The translations under genes were made by a program, and so were the position numbers. The notes under the pieces are model-generated. The model worked only from the letters and a program-made list of their open reading frames with translations, made no database searches and was not told the origin of the DNA. Shown here piece after piece: positions 1 to 9,193 of a stretch of 63,355 nucleotides of DNA (the first letter of the stretch is position 1; every line of letters begins with the position of its first letter). The DNA is from Myxococcota bacterium (lineage in GTDB: Bacteria; Myxococcota_A; UBA796; SXON01), in NCBI GenBank assembly GCA_040386535.1, contig JAZKFH010000035.1, positions 1-63,355 on the forward strand. The letters are read 5' to 3'.

Positions 1-123
1 TCCTCCCAGGCGGACCGCAGTCGAGAGATGCTCGGTCATCGGCCGACTGCGGTCCTGTCCGCGATCCCTGGTGCCGACCAAATGTGCTGCTTGGGCGCGC
101 ACCGACTGAAACCGATCACACCC
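1..123. mobile_element. Right part of a MITE-like element (second copy of 14457-14667), truncated by the window edge
   Basis: 1-123 matches 14545-14667 at 121/123 nt and ends in the same terminal repeat ...GATCACACCC. Confidence 0.8.
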
Positions 124-131
124 GGGCGGGT

Positions 132-247
132 TTCGTCCGTGGGGCGGACGAAGTCGGGGGACCTGTCGGACAGGGGGGCGGGTTTCGTCCGTGGGGCGGA
201 CGAAGTCGGGGGACCTGTCGGACGACAGGGGGGCGGGTTTCGTCCGG
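132..247 (-). repeat. Tandem 52-bp double-hairpin repeat, family A (reverse orientation, 2 units + partial)
   Basis: Units start at 132, 184, 239; reverse complement of the 14674-14890 unit (TTCGTCCG-N5-CGGACGAA hairpin plus CCTGT-N3-ACAGG hairpin). Confidence 0.9.
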
Positions 248-350
248 GTGGAGTGGTCTGCGGCCGCGGGGCCGGAGCCCACCTTCCCGCGCGTGTCCAC
301 ACCGCACTCGCGCGAGGGCACCGGCGGGCGCGCCGACCAGCGGGAGGCGC

Positions 351-391
351 GGTCCGGCGCCGCCCGCGACAGCGGGCTCGCGCCGACGGAG
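351..391. repeat. Bulged hairpin, family H copy
   Basis: GGTCCGGCGC...GCGCCGACGGAG, related to copies at 7889, 9810, 27117, 29979, 60666. Confidence 0.65.
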
Positions 392-511
392 CGCAGCGAA
401 CCCCAGAGGCGCCCGACCCCGGACCGCCGCTCGGGGCGGTTTGGGGGCGCGCCCGGTGTCAGCTTGGTTTGTTACACCCGTGCTGTGTGTTCCTCACCCT
501 CGGGTATGACG

Positions 512-1486
512 CTACTTGGAGTAGACCATGGGTTCTTTGTAGAAACGACCCTTGTAGCTATCCAGGTCCGTAGGTTCGAACAGTTCCACGTAGGTGACGT
601 GCCCGTCGCCCTCGGACCAGGCGATACCGGCGGCGGCGTCGACCCAATGGTTGAAGTGTTTACCGGATCTGGAGCGGAGCGCAATCGCGGTGGGGTGTTT
701 GGCCGCGAGCGCGTCGGGGCGCGTCGTTCCGAGGACTGTCGGCTCGGGGGTAGGATCTCCGGGGTTCAGCAGGACCAGGACCACCCGACCTTCCTGCAGG
801 AATACGCTTCCATTCACCGGGGGCCGTGTGTGAAGGGTTTCCATGCCCTCCGAGGGGCCGTAGTTGCCGATCAGGATGTCCGCGGCAGAGGCATTGACCC
901 GCGCGAGCAAGGCGGCCCGGTCGAGTCCGATCAGCGCCCGGGCATCTTCCAAGGTTGGGGGAGCTGACGGGTCCTGGTAGAACCGCCGACGATAGGTTTC
1001 CAGGTCAGTGGGCGCAAACACCTCCATGAAGGTGACGCTCCCTTCCCCTGCGGACCAGGCGACACCCGCTTCGGGGTCCACGAAGTGGTTGAAGTGATTG
1101 CCCGACCGCGAGGTCAACGCCTTTGCGCTTGGATATGTGGCGGCGAGCTCGTCGGCGTTCAGGGACGAGAAGACCGTGGGCTCGGGGGGTGGCTTCAGCC
1201 CGCGATACAGGCTCACGAGGACGACGCGCCCATTCTCCAAGAACACGGTGCCCCCGATCGGTGGGCGAGGCCGGATCGCCTCCATGCCCTTGGAGGGACC
1301 GTAGTCTCCGCGGTGGAGATCGGCGGGAACCGCCGCGAGTCGATTCAGCGCTGCGGATCGATCGAGGCCGATCAGGGCCTGGGCGTCGGCGAGTGACGGC
1401 GTGGCCACTGTTGGGGCGAGGGCTGAGGACGCCGGTGCTGCATCCGGTACCCCGCATGACACCAGTGCGAACAACAAGGGAAACAT
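512..1486 (-). CDS. Lipoprotein with two tandem copies of a ~130-aa unknown domain (candidate immunity protein)
   Basis: Lipobox MFPLLFALVSC; internal duplication (L.DA.ALIGLDR...YGPS.G...VFL..GRVVLV.L...SRSG.HFNH.VD...G.AWS...F.PTDL..Y). Confidence 0.85.
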   Translation of the reverse strand: MFPLLFALVSCGVPDAAPASSALAPTVATPSLADAQALIGLDRSAALNRLAAVPADLHRGDYGPSKGMEAIRPRPPIGGTVFLENGRVVLVSLYRGLKPPPEPTVFSSLNADELAATYPSAKALTSRSGNHFNHFVDPEAGVAWSAGEGSVTFMEVFAPTDLETYRRRFYQDPSAPPTLEDARALIGLDRAALLARVNASAADILIGNYGPSEGMETLHTRPPVNGSVFLQEGRVVLVLLNPGDPTPEPTVLGTTRPDALAAKHPTAIALRSRSGKHFNHWVDAAAGIAWSEGDGHVTYVELFEPTDLDSYKGRFYKEPMVYSK

Positions 1487-1498
1487 GGGGAGCCGGTG

Positions 1499-2077
1499 CT
1501 ATTTGTAGAAGGGGCCTGGGTCTTCGTAGAAACGAGCTTTGTAGGATTCGAGATCGGTTGGTTCGAAAACTTCGATGGAGGTTATCTCCTCTTCATCCGC
1601 GGACCAGGCGAGCCCCCGCGCGGGGTCGACATAGTGGTTGAAGAGTTTGCCCGCCGATGAGCGTAGGCGTGTGGCGCCCGACTCGAACGCGGAGAGCGTC
1701 TGGGGACGCATGGCCCCGAAGATTGTCGGCGCGGCCGGCGGGTTGAACCCTCGGTACAGGTGAACCAGGACGACGCGGCCGTTGTCGAGGAACACCGTAC
1801 CCGCCACCGGCGGTGGGGCCTGAACCGCTTCGAGGTCGTCGGACGGGCCATACTCCGCGTAGTGGAGGTCGGCGTCGGAGGCGCCGAGGCGCTTCATCAG
1901 GTCGCCGCGATCGAGCCCGAGGAGGGCGCGCGCGTCGTCGAGCGAGGGGGAGAGGGACATCGCGCTTCCTGCGGGGCCATTCGAGGAGGGAGGGGCAGCG
2001 CCGGGAGAGTCAGGCTTGGGAGAGGCGGAATACGACAGCCCACAGGCCAGGATTGGGGTGACGAGGGCGAGCGTCAC
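1499..2077 (-). CDS. Lipoprotein with one copy of the same domain as 512-1486
   Basis: GTG at 2077 overlaps the upstream TGA (GTGA); lipobox ILAC; clear paralogue of the downstream gene. Confidence 0.85.
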   Translation of the reverse strand: MTLALVTPILACGLSYSASPKPDSPGAAPPSSNGPAGSAMSLSPSLDDARALLGLDRGDLMKRLGASDADLHYAEYGPSDDLEAVQAPPPVAGTVFLDNGRVVLVHLYRGFNPPAAPTIFGAMRPQTLSAFESGATRLRSSAGKLFNHYVDPARGLAWSADEEEITSIEVFEPTDLESYKARFYEDPGPFYK

Positions 2078-3474
2078 TGCGCCGCGGACAGCGGAGCGGA
2101 CCAGCTCGACACGACACGTTCGATGTAGGCGTGGCGAATGGGGCACTTGTCTCTCAAGGTATCGGAGTCGGTGAAGTAGAACATCGTCGCCTCCGAGAGA
2201 TCCTCGGCAGCGGAGGTGCGACCGTACGGTGTAATCGGCTTCTCGGCGGCACGTGGGTCGTCGACCTTCGTCTTCACATCTTTCCAGAAGCCCGTGGCGA
2301 GCGCGTACGGCTCGACCTCATCCTTCATCAACCCGTGCGACAGCTCATGAATCGCCGTAGCCTCGAGTTGGGTCTGGTTGTCGGAGAAGTCCGCCGTGCT
2401 GTCCGTGCCCTTCGTGAAGAGGGAGAGGTTCTTGGCGCCCGGAAGGTACTCCCCGAGGGTGGTGGAGTCGAGCACCCCTTCCGGCTTGTTCACGTCAATC
2501 GCCTGATCCACCTTCGAAACCGTCCCCACCCCCTGCGCCCCCTGCGCCAACAACGGCGCGAAGTGGGCGAGCGCCCGGTGCAAACCGAGGACCTCCTTGT
2601 ACTCCCACTCCTTGGTCCTGAGTTGGTCGAGCTCGGTCACGGGCACCTGGGTGTAGCGGGCCTTGATCGCGTCGACCCCGGCCTGGGAGTCGACCTGGAT
2701 GCCGTAGACCTCCCGGATCTCCTTGAACATCTGGGCGGCGTGTTGAGCCTCGGCCTTGCTTGCCACGAGCACCTGCTCGCCCGCGATGGTGACGATGACG
2801 GGCGCCGCGAAGCTCACACCCTCGGCGAGGGCGTCGACATCGGCGTCGACCGTGGCGGTGGCGGCCTCGGCTTCGATTTCGGCAAACCGGGCTTGCAGCA
2901 CCACCTGCACACCATCGTGGCTCTCGGGGAGGGGGCCGAGGTATTCGTCGGGGTAGATCTCGAAGGTGCCGAAGGGGGTGACGCGGGAGAGGGGCTCCTG
3001 CGCGGGGGCCTCACACGGCGGGTCGGGCTGGACGGCGGGGGTGGCCTGCACCGCGGGGGCGACCGCGGCGCCGGAGGTGCCTTGCGACGCGGCGGCGCCC
3101 GTGGAGGCTTGCGACGCGGCGGCATCGACATCGGGCACGTCGATCTCCGGCACGTCGAGCACCGTGCCGACGTAGATCAGCCGCCCGTTGTCCTTGACCC
3201 GGTCGGGGTTGGAGTCGCGGATGCCCTGCCACAAGGCCGCGTTACCGTAGCGCTTCGACGCGATGCGGGAGAGGGTGTCACCCGACTGGACGGTCCACGT
3301 GCCGCCGCCCACACGCTTCTTCAGCGCCTCTTGCGCGGCGCCGTTGCCCATGCCCTGCGCGGCGCTCTGCGCGGCGCTCTGGGCGGCGCTCTGGGCGGCG
3401 CTGACGCCCGCCTGGGCGCCCGCCGCGGGCATGGCGGTGGCAGGAGCGGACTGGACGGCCTGCCTGGACTTCAT
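2074..3474 (-). CDS. LysM-domain protein with C-terminal HExxH zincin metallopeptidase-like domain
   Basis: LysM: WTVQSGDTLSRIASKRYGNAALWQGIRDSNP...LIYVGTVLDVP; HELSH followed by TPYGRTSAAEDLSE; ATG 3474 with GGGGA RBS; no signal peptide. Confidence 0.85.
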   Translation of the reverse strand: MKSRQAVQSAPATAMPAAGAQAGVSAAQSAAQSAAQSAAQGMGNGAAQEALKKRVGGGTWTVQSGDTLSRIASKRYGNAALWQGIRDSNPDRVKDNGRLIYVGTVLDVPEIDVPDVDAAASQASTGAAASQGTSGAAVAPAVQATPAVQPDPPCEAPAQEPLSRVTPFGTFEIYPDEYLGPLPESHDGVQVVLQARFAEIEAEAATATVDADVDALAEGVSFAAPVIVTIAGEQVLVASKAEAQHAAQMFKEIREVYGIQVDSQAGVDAIKARYTQVPVTELDQLRTKEWEYKEVLGLHRALAHFAPLLAQGAQGVGTVSKVDQAIDVNKPEGVLDSTTLGEYLPGAKNLSLFTKGTDSTADFSDNQTQLEATAIHELSHGLMKDEVEPYALATGFWKDVKTKVDDPRAAEKPITPYGRTSAAEDLSEATMFYFTDSDTLRDKCPIRHAYIERVVSSWSAPLSAAQ

Positions 3475-3755
3475 CCACGATTCCCCGGTTCGGAGCTTCG
3501 GTATCCGGCAGGCATCGGAGCGGCAATACAGGGCGTGAAACCAGCGTGTTTTCGCTGCGTGTATGCATCTTATCACGACACTTGGCCGAGCGAACCCCGG
3601 GGGGTGTAACGACGGGCGGGGCGGGATCGGTGGGGTGTGCGGGCATGGGCGGGGCGTCGTCTTCGAGCTCGAGCGCGCGGTCGGGCCGCACGAATCCGAC
3701 GCGGACGTGGACGCCCCCCGCCGCGCTCGCGTACTCTTCGCGGCGGAGGCCCACC

Positions 3756-4541
3756 ATGTCGATCCTCGTCCTGCTCGCTTGTGCCGCTCCGCCGGTCGAG
3801 GCTCCGCCCGCGGAAGATGGCGCGACGCTCGACGAGATGACGCTGGGCGCCATCGAGGCGTTCGACGAGCCCGCTGGTGCCGAGCACGTGGCGGACCTGC
3901 GCGCGTGGCTCGTGGCGAACGCGCCGGCGTGGGAGGAGGACGGCTGGAACGGCGGGTACACGCTCGGGCCCATCGACGGCGACGACGTGACCACCGTGGA
4001 GCACAGCGACGGCGTGAACTGGACGGAGGTGCTCGGCGCGGGCGTGCCGCTGAAGATGCGCGGCACGCTGGACGGGTACGCGGACGCCTCGACCGAGACC
4101 GACCAGAGCTTCGCGGACCCGCGCACCTACATCGAGTGGACCCGCACGATCACCGGCGGCACCGCGGAAGCGTTCGTGGGCGGCGAGCCGATGCAGACCG
4201 ACAACGTCATCGAGAAGGGCGGGCCCTTCGGCGTGGTCATCCCATACGAGGCGAAGAAGGACTTCCGCTGGTTCGACGGCGTGCTCGCGGCGCGCACCTG
4301 GGTGCCCGAGGAGGGCTGGGGCGAGGACGGCAAGAACGGGATCATCTTCGGGTGCACCATCGAGGTGTGGTTCGAGGAGAACGGCGAGCTGTTCTGGTAC
4401 AACGGCAGCTGGACGCAGATCGCCACCGTGATCGGGGACGACTTCCCCGAGGACGCGCTGATCAGCCAGTTCATCGACGGGACCATCGACTACATGCTCG
4501 GCACCGAGGCCTTCGTGATGGGGGAGTTCGAACCCGGATAG
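3756..4541 (+). CDS. Hypothetical lipoprotein
   Basis: GGAGG RBS, MSILVLLAC lipobox, typical high-GC codon usage. Confidence 0.8.
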   Translation: MSILVLLACAAPPVEAPPAEDGATLDEMTLGAIEAFDEPAGAEHVADLRAWLVANAPAWEEDGWNGGYTLGPIDGDDVTTVEHSDGVNWTEVLGAGVPLKMRGTLDGYADASTETDQSFADPRTYIEWTRTITGGTAEAFVGGEPMQTDNVIEKGGPFGVVIPYEAKKDFRWFDGVLAARTWVPEEGWGEDGKNGIIFGCTIEVWFEENGELFWYNGSWTQIATVIGDDFPEDALISQFIDGTIDYMLGTEAFVMGEFEPG

Positions 4542-4607
4542 AAGGCGCGCAAGGAAGCGGCAGCTCGGGCGTTGTCGGCGTGTTGTCGAAGAAGAAAGAA
4601 GGAAGTG

Positions 4608-5999
4608 ATGTCGTTCTCGAGCCTGGGCGTCGACCTTTCGGGGTGCGCCACGATCGGCGATCTGTTCGCGGAGCTGTACGACGCGCTGGAGGCGCGCTGG
4701 GCACGGCTGTACGACCTGTGCACGGTGCGCGGCGCCGACGCCGTGACGGTGCCCGCCACTGTCGGGAGCACGATCCGCGCGGCCGACGGCGGCGTGCCCG
4801 CCGCGCTGCGGGTGTGGATCGACGCGCAGACGGACGATGTGCTGCTCGTCGCGTTCGCGGTGCTGCGCGCCATCGACACGGCGTTCGCGCGGTTCGACGC
4901 CACCACGTGGCCGGCCACCTGGGCCGCCCTCCGCGAGAACCACTCGCTGACCACTCGCGCCCGCCCGACGCTGCTCCCCGGCGGCGCGCCCGAGGAGACC
5001 GACGACTTCTCCGCGAACTTCCGGTTGCGACGCAGGATCGTCGCCGGTGACCTGACGGTCGAGTGGCGGCCGCTGCCGCCCGGGCACGACCTACCGCGCG
5101 TCGCACACCCGCGGCTGCGCGTCGCGTTCCTGCCCGCGATCACGGACGGCGACATCGATTTCGTCCGCCTGGAGAAGCCGCGCGGCGCCGTGTTCGAGGC
5201 CCGCCACGTCGAGGGCGCGGAGGAGCGCATCTTCGCGCGGTTCTGCCGCGCCGTGGCCCGCGCCGATCGCGAGGACGCGGCCCTGCTGCTCGCGCCGGAG
5301 CTCTCGTTCACCCCGTCGTTGTGGGACCGCGCCCGCGCCTGGCTCAAGCGCCGCCCCCGCCGCACGGGCAGCGGCGTGCGCTGGCTGCTCCTCGGCACGG
5401 CCGCGACCGAGCGCGACGCTGACGGGCGGCCCCGCAACCAGGCCCTCCTGGTGAGCCGCCACGGCGAGGTGCTCGCGCAGCAGAACAAGACGCGCCCGTT
5501 CGCCTTCACGAAGTCCCAGCAGACCTTCTACCAGCTGCACGACGCGCTCGGCGGCGACACCACGCCCGAGCACATCCGTCTCGACCCGCGCGTGCTCGTG
5601 CTGCTGGAGAGCGCCACGCTGGGCCGCCTCGCGGTGCTCATCTGCGAGGATCTCGCGCACGAAGATCCCGGCCCGCGCCTCGCCGCGCCGCTGGGCGTGC
5701 GCCTGTACCTCACCCCGGTCATGGACGGCGAGTTCGCCGACTGGCGCTGGGTCAGCGCGTGCGCCACGTGGCACGCGTGGAGCAACCGGGTGCAGGTCAT
5801 CGCGGTGAATTCCCTCGTGTTGCCCGAGCGCGCGGGCCGCCCGGCCCCGGCGGAGGGCCGCGCCGTGGGCGTCACGGGCCCGCTGTCCGCGTGGCGCGCC
5901 GGTCCCGACGGCGCCCCCGCGCCCTGGCCGCCGCGGCTCGTGCACCTCCCGCCCGGCGAGGATGTCGTGGTGGCCGAGGTGGACGTGTACCGGCCTTGA
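4608..5999 (+). CDS. Carbon-nitrogen hydrolase (nitrilase superfamily) domain protein with ~170-aa N-terminal extension
   Basis: Catalytic triad motifs LLLAPELS (E), QQNK (K), LAVLICEDL (C); purine-rich RBS before ATG 4608. Confidence 0.8.
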   Translation: MSFSSLGVDLSGCATIGDLFAELYDALEARWARLYDLCTVRGADAVTVPATVGSTIRAADGGVPAALRVWIDAQTDDVLLVAFAVLRAIDTAFARFDATTWPATWAALRENHSLTTRARPTLLPGGAPEETDDFSANFRLRRRIVAGDLTVEWRPLPPGHDLPRVAHPRLRVAFLPAITDGDIDFVRLEKPRGAVFEARHVEGAEERIFARFCRAVARADREDAALLLAPELSFTPSLWDRARAWLKRRPRRTGSGVRWLLLGTAATERDADGRPRNQALLVSRHGEVLAQQNKTRPFAFTKSQQTFYQLHDALGGDTTPEHIRLDPRVLVLLESATLGRLAVLICEDLAHEDPGPRLAAPLGVRLYLTPVMDGEFADWRWVSACATWHAWSNRVQVIAVNSLVLPERAGRPAPAEGRAVGVTGPLSAWRAGPDGAPAPWPPRLVHLPPGEDVVVAEVDVYRP

Positions 6000-6059
6000 G
6001 AGCCTGACGAGCGTTCGGCTCGTCCGGGTGCGTGAAAGGGGTGCGACAGTTGATTTGAC

Positions 6060-6088
6060 TTGACTCGCGCGCGGAGGTTCCCTATATC
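6060..6088 (+). promoter_or_regulatory. Sigma70-like promoter of the wHTH gene
   Basis: TTGACT-17 bp-TATATC, 26 nt before ATG 6115 with GAGGAGG RBS; the -35 is the last of three TTGAY direct repeats (6050-6064). Confidence 0.6.
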
Positions 6089-6114
6089 GGGAGTACACGG
6101 AGCGAGGAGGCCGC

Positions 6115-7848
6115 ATGACGGACACGCTCGAGGCAGCGGTGGGGCGGTACGAGGCGGCGTTGCACGCGTGTGCGGCGGATCCGGACGGGGAACCCGGTGA
6201 CATCGGGGTGGCCCGCGGGGAGCTGCTCACGGCCGTGGGGCGGCTGTTGCGGGCCTCGGCGCCCGGCACGCTGCTGGTCGAGGGGCTGCGGCGCGCCCTG
6301 GTCGCGGTCGACGATGCGCGCGGCGCCCTCGGCGCCGAGGCGGCCGCCTTCGAGGAGGGCGCGATCGACGCCGTGCTCGCGCTGGTCCGCTCCGATGACG
6401 TGGCCGCGCTCCCCGAGCCCGTACGCGCGCTCACCCGCAACGCCCACCACCTGCGCATCCTCCGCGTCCTCCGGGACGCGGGGGAGCTCTCCAACCAGCG
6501 CCTCGCCGCGGCCGCCCGCCTCCGCCCTCGCGACGGCGCCGCCACCGACTCCGAACAACAGATGACCAGCCGGCGCGTCACCGAGCTCCGAAAGCACGAC
6601 CTCGTGTTCACCGTCGTGGCCGGCCGCGAGCGCCTCGTGCGCCTGACCCCCACGGGAGAGGATCTGCTCGATCACGTCGATCGTGGGCACGTCCCCGAGG
6701 CCGATCCGGGCATCGAGATCGCCGAGATCCCCGAGGTGCGCCTCCGCCCCATGCTGCGCGACGCGGCGCTCGCCCCGCGCGTGCACTGGCCGGCCGACGA
6801 TCGATCGCGGTTCTACCTGTACGTCGGCGGGCTCTACGTGGCCGACGAGCTCCTCGCTTCCGAGCGCTGGAGCCCCTCCGAGCGCGTGCTCGCCAACCTC
6901 CTGTGGCAGCACCCCCTCTCCGACTGGCCCTACGCCAGCGACATGGACGTGTACCAGCGCGTCGTCGCCCGCTGGGCCGAGGCGGGCTCCGCCGACACCA
7001 CCGCCCGCGACCTGATGCACTGCTTGTTCCGCCACCAGCGGGACGACGCCCGCGAGGCCCTCGCCGCCGAGCTCTTCGCGCTCGGGGGCCGCGTGAAGGG
7101 CCCGCTCACGCTGCTCTGGGCGCCCGCCGCCGTGAACGCGGCCGCCTGGGCGCGCTCGAACGACTCCGATCTGCACGAGCCCCTCCTGCGCTGCGTCGAG
7201 GACACCCTCGCCGCTTTCACGGACGTGCCGCTCGCGCTGCACTTGCGGGCGTTCTCCCGCACCATCTCGGGGGACCGCGAGGGCGCCGAGGCCCTCTGGG
7301 CACGCCTCCGCGCCGGCGGTCCCGAGCGGCCCGTGGGGCGCCTCGCGGACGTGATCCGTCGCGCCAACACCCAGATCGTGGCCTGCGCCGCGCTCAATCC
7401 TGCCATCCTCCGCGTCGAGGCCGAGGCCAGCCTCGCCGTGCTAGACGCCGCGCGCGCCGCGAACGCCCCCTTCGACGTGGATCATCCCCGCGTGCGCGAG
7501 CCCGGCTGGCTCGACGCCTTCCTCGGCTGGCTGGAGCAGGACGCCGACCGCGTCGAGGACGCCTTCGCCCGCCAACCCCGCCTCCCCGAGGCCTGTGAGG
7601 CGCTGGTGGGCGTGGCCAACGCGGTCACGGGGCGCGTCGACTTCGAGCGGGCCCACTTCGAAGCGTCGCTCGACTACTACATGCGCAACGCGTCGTGGCT
7701 GCTCGACCTCGCCGACGGCCGCGTGGCCCCTGGGCGCCAGGAGGACTCGCCGACCGAGCCCATTCGCCGCGCGCGCAACCAGGCGGACGGCGAGGGCCAC
7801 ATCGCGGCGGCGCACTGCCGGGAGCGGCGGCGGGTGGCGGCGGCGTAG
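6115..7848 (+). CDS. Protein with internal MarR/ArsR-like winged helix-turn-helix and long unknown C-terminal region
   Basis: LRILRVLRDAGELSNQRLA...TSRRVTELRKHDLV...RERLVRLTPTGEDLL wHTH pattern; strong RBS. Confidence 0.75.
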   Translation: MTDTLEAAVGRYEAALHACAADPDGEPGDIGVARGELLTAVGRLLRASAPGTLLVEGLRRALVAVDDARGALGAEAAAFEEGAIDAVLALVRSDDVAALPEPVRALTRNAHHLRILRVLRDAGELSNQRLAAAARLRPRDGAATDSEQQMTSRRVTELRKHDLVFTVVAGRERLVRLTPTGEDLLDHVDRGHVPEADPGIEIAEIPEVRLRPMLRDAALAPRVHWPADDRSRFYLYVGGLYVADELLASERWSPSERVLANLLWQHPLSDWPYASDMDVYQRVVARWAEAGSADTTARDLMHCLFRHQRDDAREALAAELFALGGRVKGPLTLLWAPAAVNAAAWARSNDSDLHEPLLRCVEDTLAAFTDVPLALHLRAFSRTISGDREGAEALWARLRAGGPERPVGRLADVIRRANTQIVACAALNPAILRVEAEASLAVLDAARAANAPFDVDHPRVREPGWLDAFLGWLEQDADRVEDAFARQPRLPEACEALVGVANAVTGRVDFERAHFEASLDYYMRNASWLLDLADGRVAPGRQEDSPTEPIRRARNQADGEGHIAAAHCRERRRVAAA

Positions 7849-7888
7849 TCGGGCGGCTCACGGCGCCCTCCGGGGTCGCGCTCCGCGC

Positions 7889-7934
7889 TCCGTTGGCGCG
7901 TCCGTTTGCCTGTCGGCAAACGCGGCGCCGAACC
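7889..7934. repeat. Bulged hairpin, family H copy (reverse orientation)
   Basis: TCCGTTGGCGC-GTCCGTTTGCCTGTCGGCAAACGCG-GCGCCGAACC. Confidence 0.75.
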
Positions 7935-8030
7935 GGCCGGCGCAGCCGGCCGCCCTCCGGTCACCTGCCGCGGGGGAGCGCGTTCGCCGACCGGACCGGC
8001 CGAGACGCCCTCGTCGCGCGGACGCATGGC

Positions 8031-8240
8031 GACCCGACAGATCTCGCGTCACTGCCGGCAGTGAGGCCCGTTCTGTCGGGTCATGGGGCCGCCTCGGCAC
8101 CGCCGGGCGCCGGAGCAGCCGACGCCCTTCGAACAAAGCGGCGTTGCTCCGTTGCGCGCGGGGCGGGCGGGGCGGAACGGACGCGGAAGACCCGACAGAT
8201 CTCGCCTCACTGCCGGCAGTGAGGCCCGTTCTGTCGGGTC
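8031..8240. repeat. Two direct copies of a 52-bp palindrome, family B (8031-8082 and 8189-8240)
   Basis: GACCCGACAGA...TCACTGCCGGCAGTGA...TCTGTCGGGTC, 51/52 identical. Confidence 0.9.
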
Positions 8241-8249
8241 GGGCGGCGG

Positions 8250-9119
8250 GTAAGCCCCCGGCGACCGGCTCTACCCCCGCCCCGCTTCCGAGGTGACATG
8301 GCGACAGGAGGTCCTCATGTCCTACGCGATCCGCACGCCCGACGAGAAGCGCGCCCTGTTGGACGAGTGGCGTGCGTCCGGGCAGTCCCCTGAACGACCG
8401 GCACGTCGTGTACGACTACACCCCCACCAAGCACGGGACGGGGCCTGCCGCCTATGTCGCCGACTTCAAGGGCGTGTTCCTCGCCGACGGGGGCTCAGAG
8501 TTCAACGAGGCGGTTCGCCGCATGGGCCTCATCCGCGCCGGCTGTTGGTGCCATGCGCGCCGCTACTTCTTCGACGCCAAGGAGCACAGCCCGGCGTTGG
8601 CCGCCGAGGCGCTGAAGAAGATCGGCGTGCTCTTCGACATCGAGCGCGCGATCGCGGGCGCCGACCTCGAGACGCGACAGCGAGTCCGCGGCACCGACAC
8701 CCGCGCCGCGTTGGACGACATCAAGACCTGGCTCGTGCAGCACGTCCACCGACAGCGACCCAAGAGCCCGCTCGGCCAGGCCATGAACTACCCGCTGAAC
8801 CAGTGGGCGTTCCTCGAGGTGTGTGTGACGCACCCCGAGATCCCCATCCACAACAACCTCTCCGAGCTCCAGCTGCGGCTGCCCGTCGTCGGGCGAAAGA
8901 ACTGGCTGTTCGCGGGCAGCGAAGGCGGCGCCGCGACGGCGGCCACCCTGTTCTCGGTCATCGGGAGCTGTCGGCTCTACCGGCTGGACCCCTGGGAGTA
9001 CCTTGTCAGCCTCCTGGGACGGATCAACGATCACTCCGTCGCCCGGCTCTCCGGGCTGACCCCTGCCGCCTACGCGGCTTCGAAGTAGCGGCACAAGCCG
9101 CCGGTCGCCGGGGGCCTAC
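8250..9119 (+). mobile_element. Internally deleted, non-autonomous IS66-family element (870 bp)
   Basis: TIRs GTAAGCCCCCGGCGACCGGC (8250-8269) and reverse complement of 9100-9119 (19/20 match); 8-bp TSD GGCGGCGG at 8242-8249 and 9120-9127. Confidence 0.92.
8317..9088 (+). pseudogene. tnpC: IS66 tnpA 5' stub joined out of frame to the 3' half of tnpC
   Basis: MSYAIRTPDEKRALLDEWRASGQS (TnpA-like start, AGGAGG RBS) then, after ~8390, GCWCHARRYF, NNLSELQLR...GRKNWLFAGS, DPWEYL (TnpC motifs). Confidence 0.88.
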
Positions 9120-9143
9120 GGCGGCGGGACGCACCACGCTTCG

Positions 9144-9193
9144 TGTCGCCCACCTCGGTGTCGCCCACCTCGGTGTCGCCGACTTTGGTGGCG
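9144..9193. repeat. Short 15-bp tandem repeat (GTGTCGCCCACCTCG) x3+
   Basis: Directly visible just right of the IS66 end. Confidence 0.7.

Noticed and set aside
4608..5999. DRT-type RT-nitrilase defence system
   Set aside because: No reverse-transcriptase domain (no YxDD context) in this or neighbouring genes
8372..9088. Functional IS66 transposase
   Set aside because: The N-terminal half of TnpC, tnpB and most of tnpA are deleted
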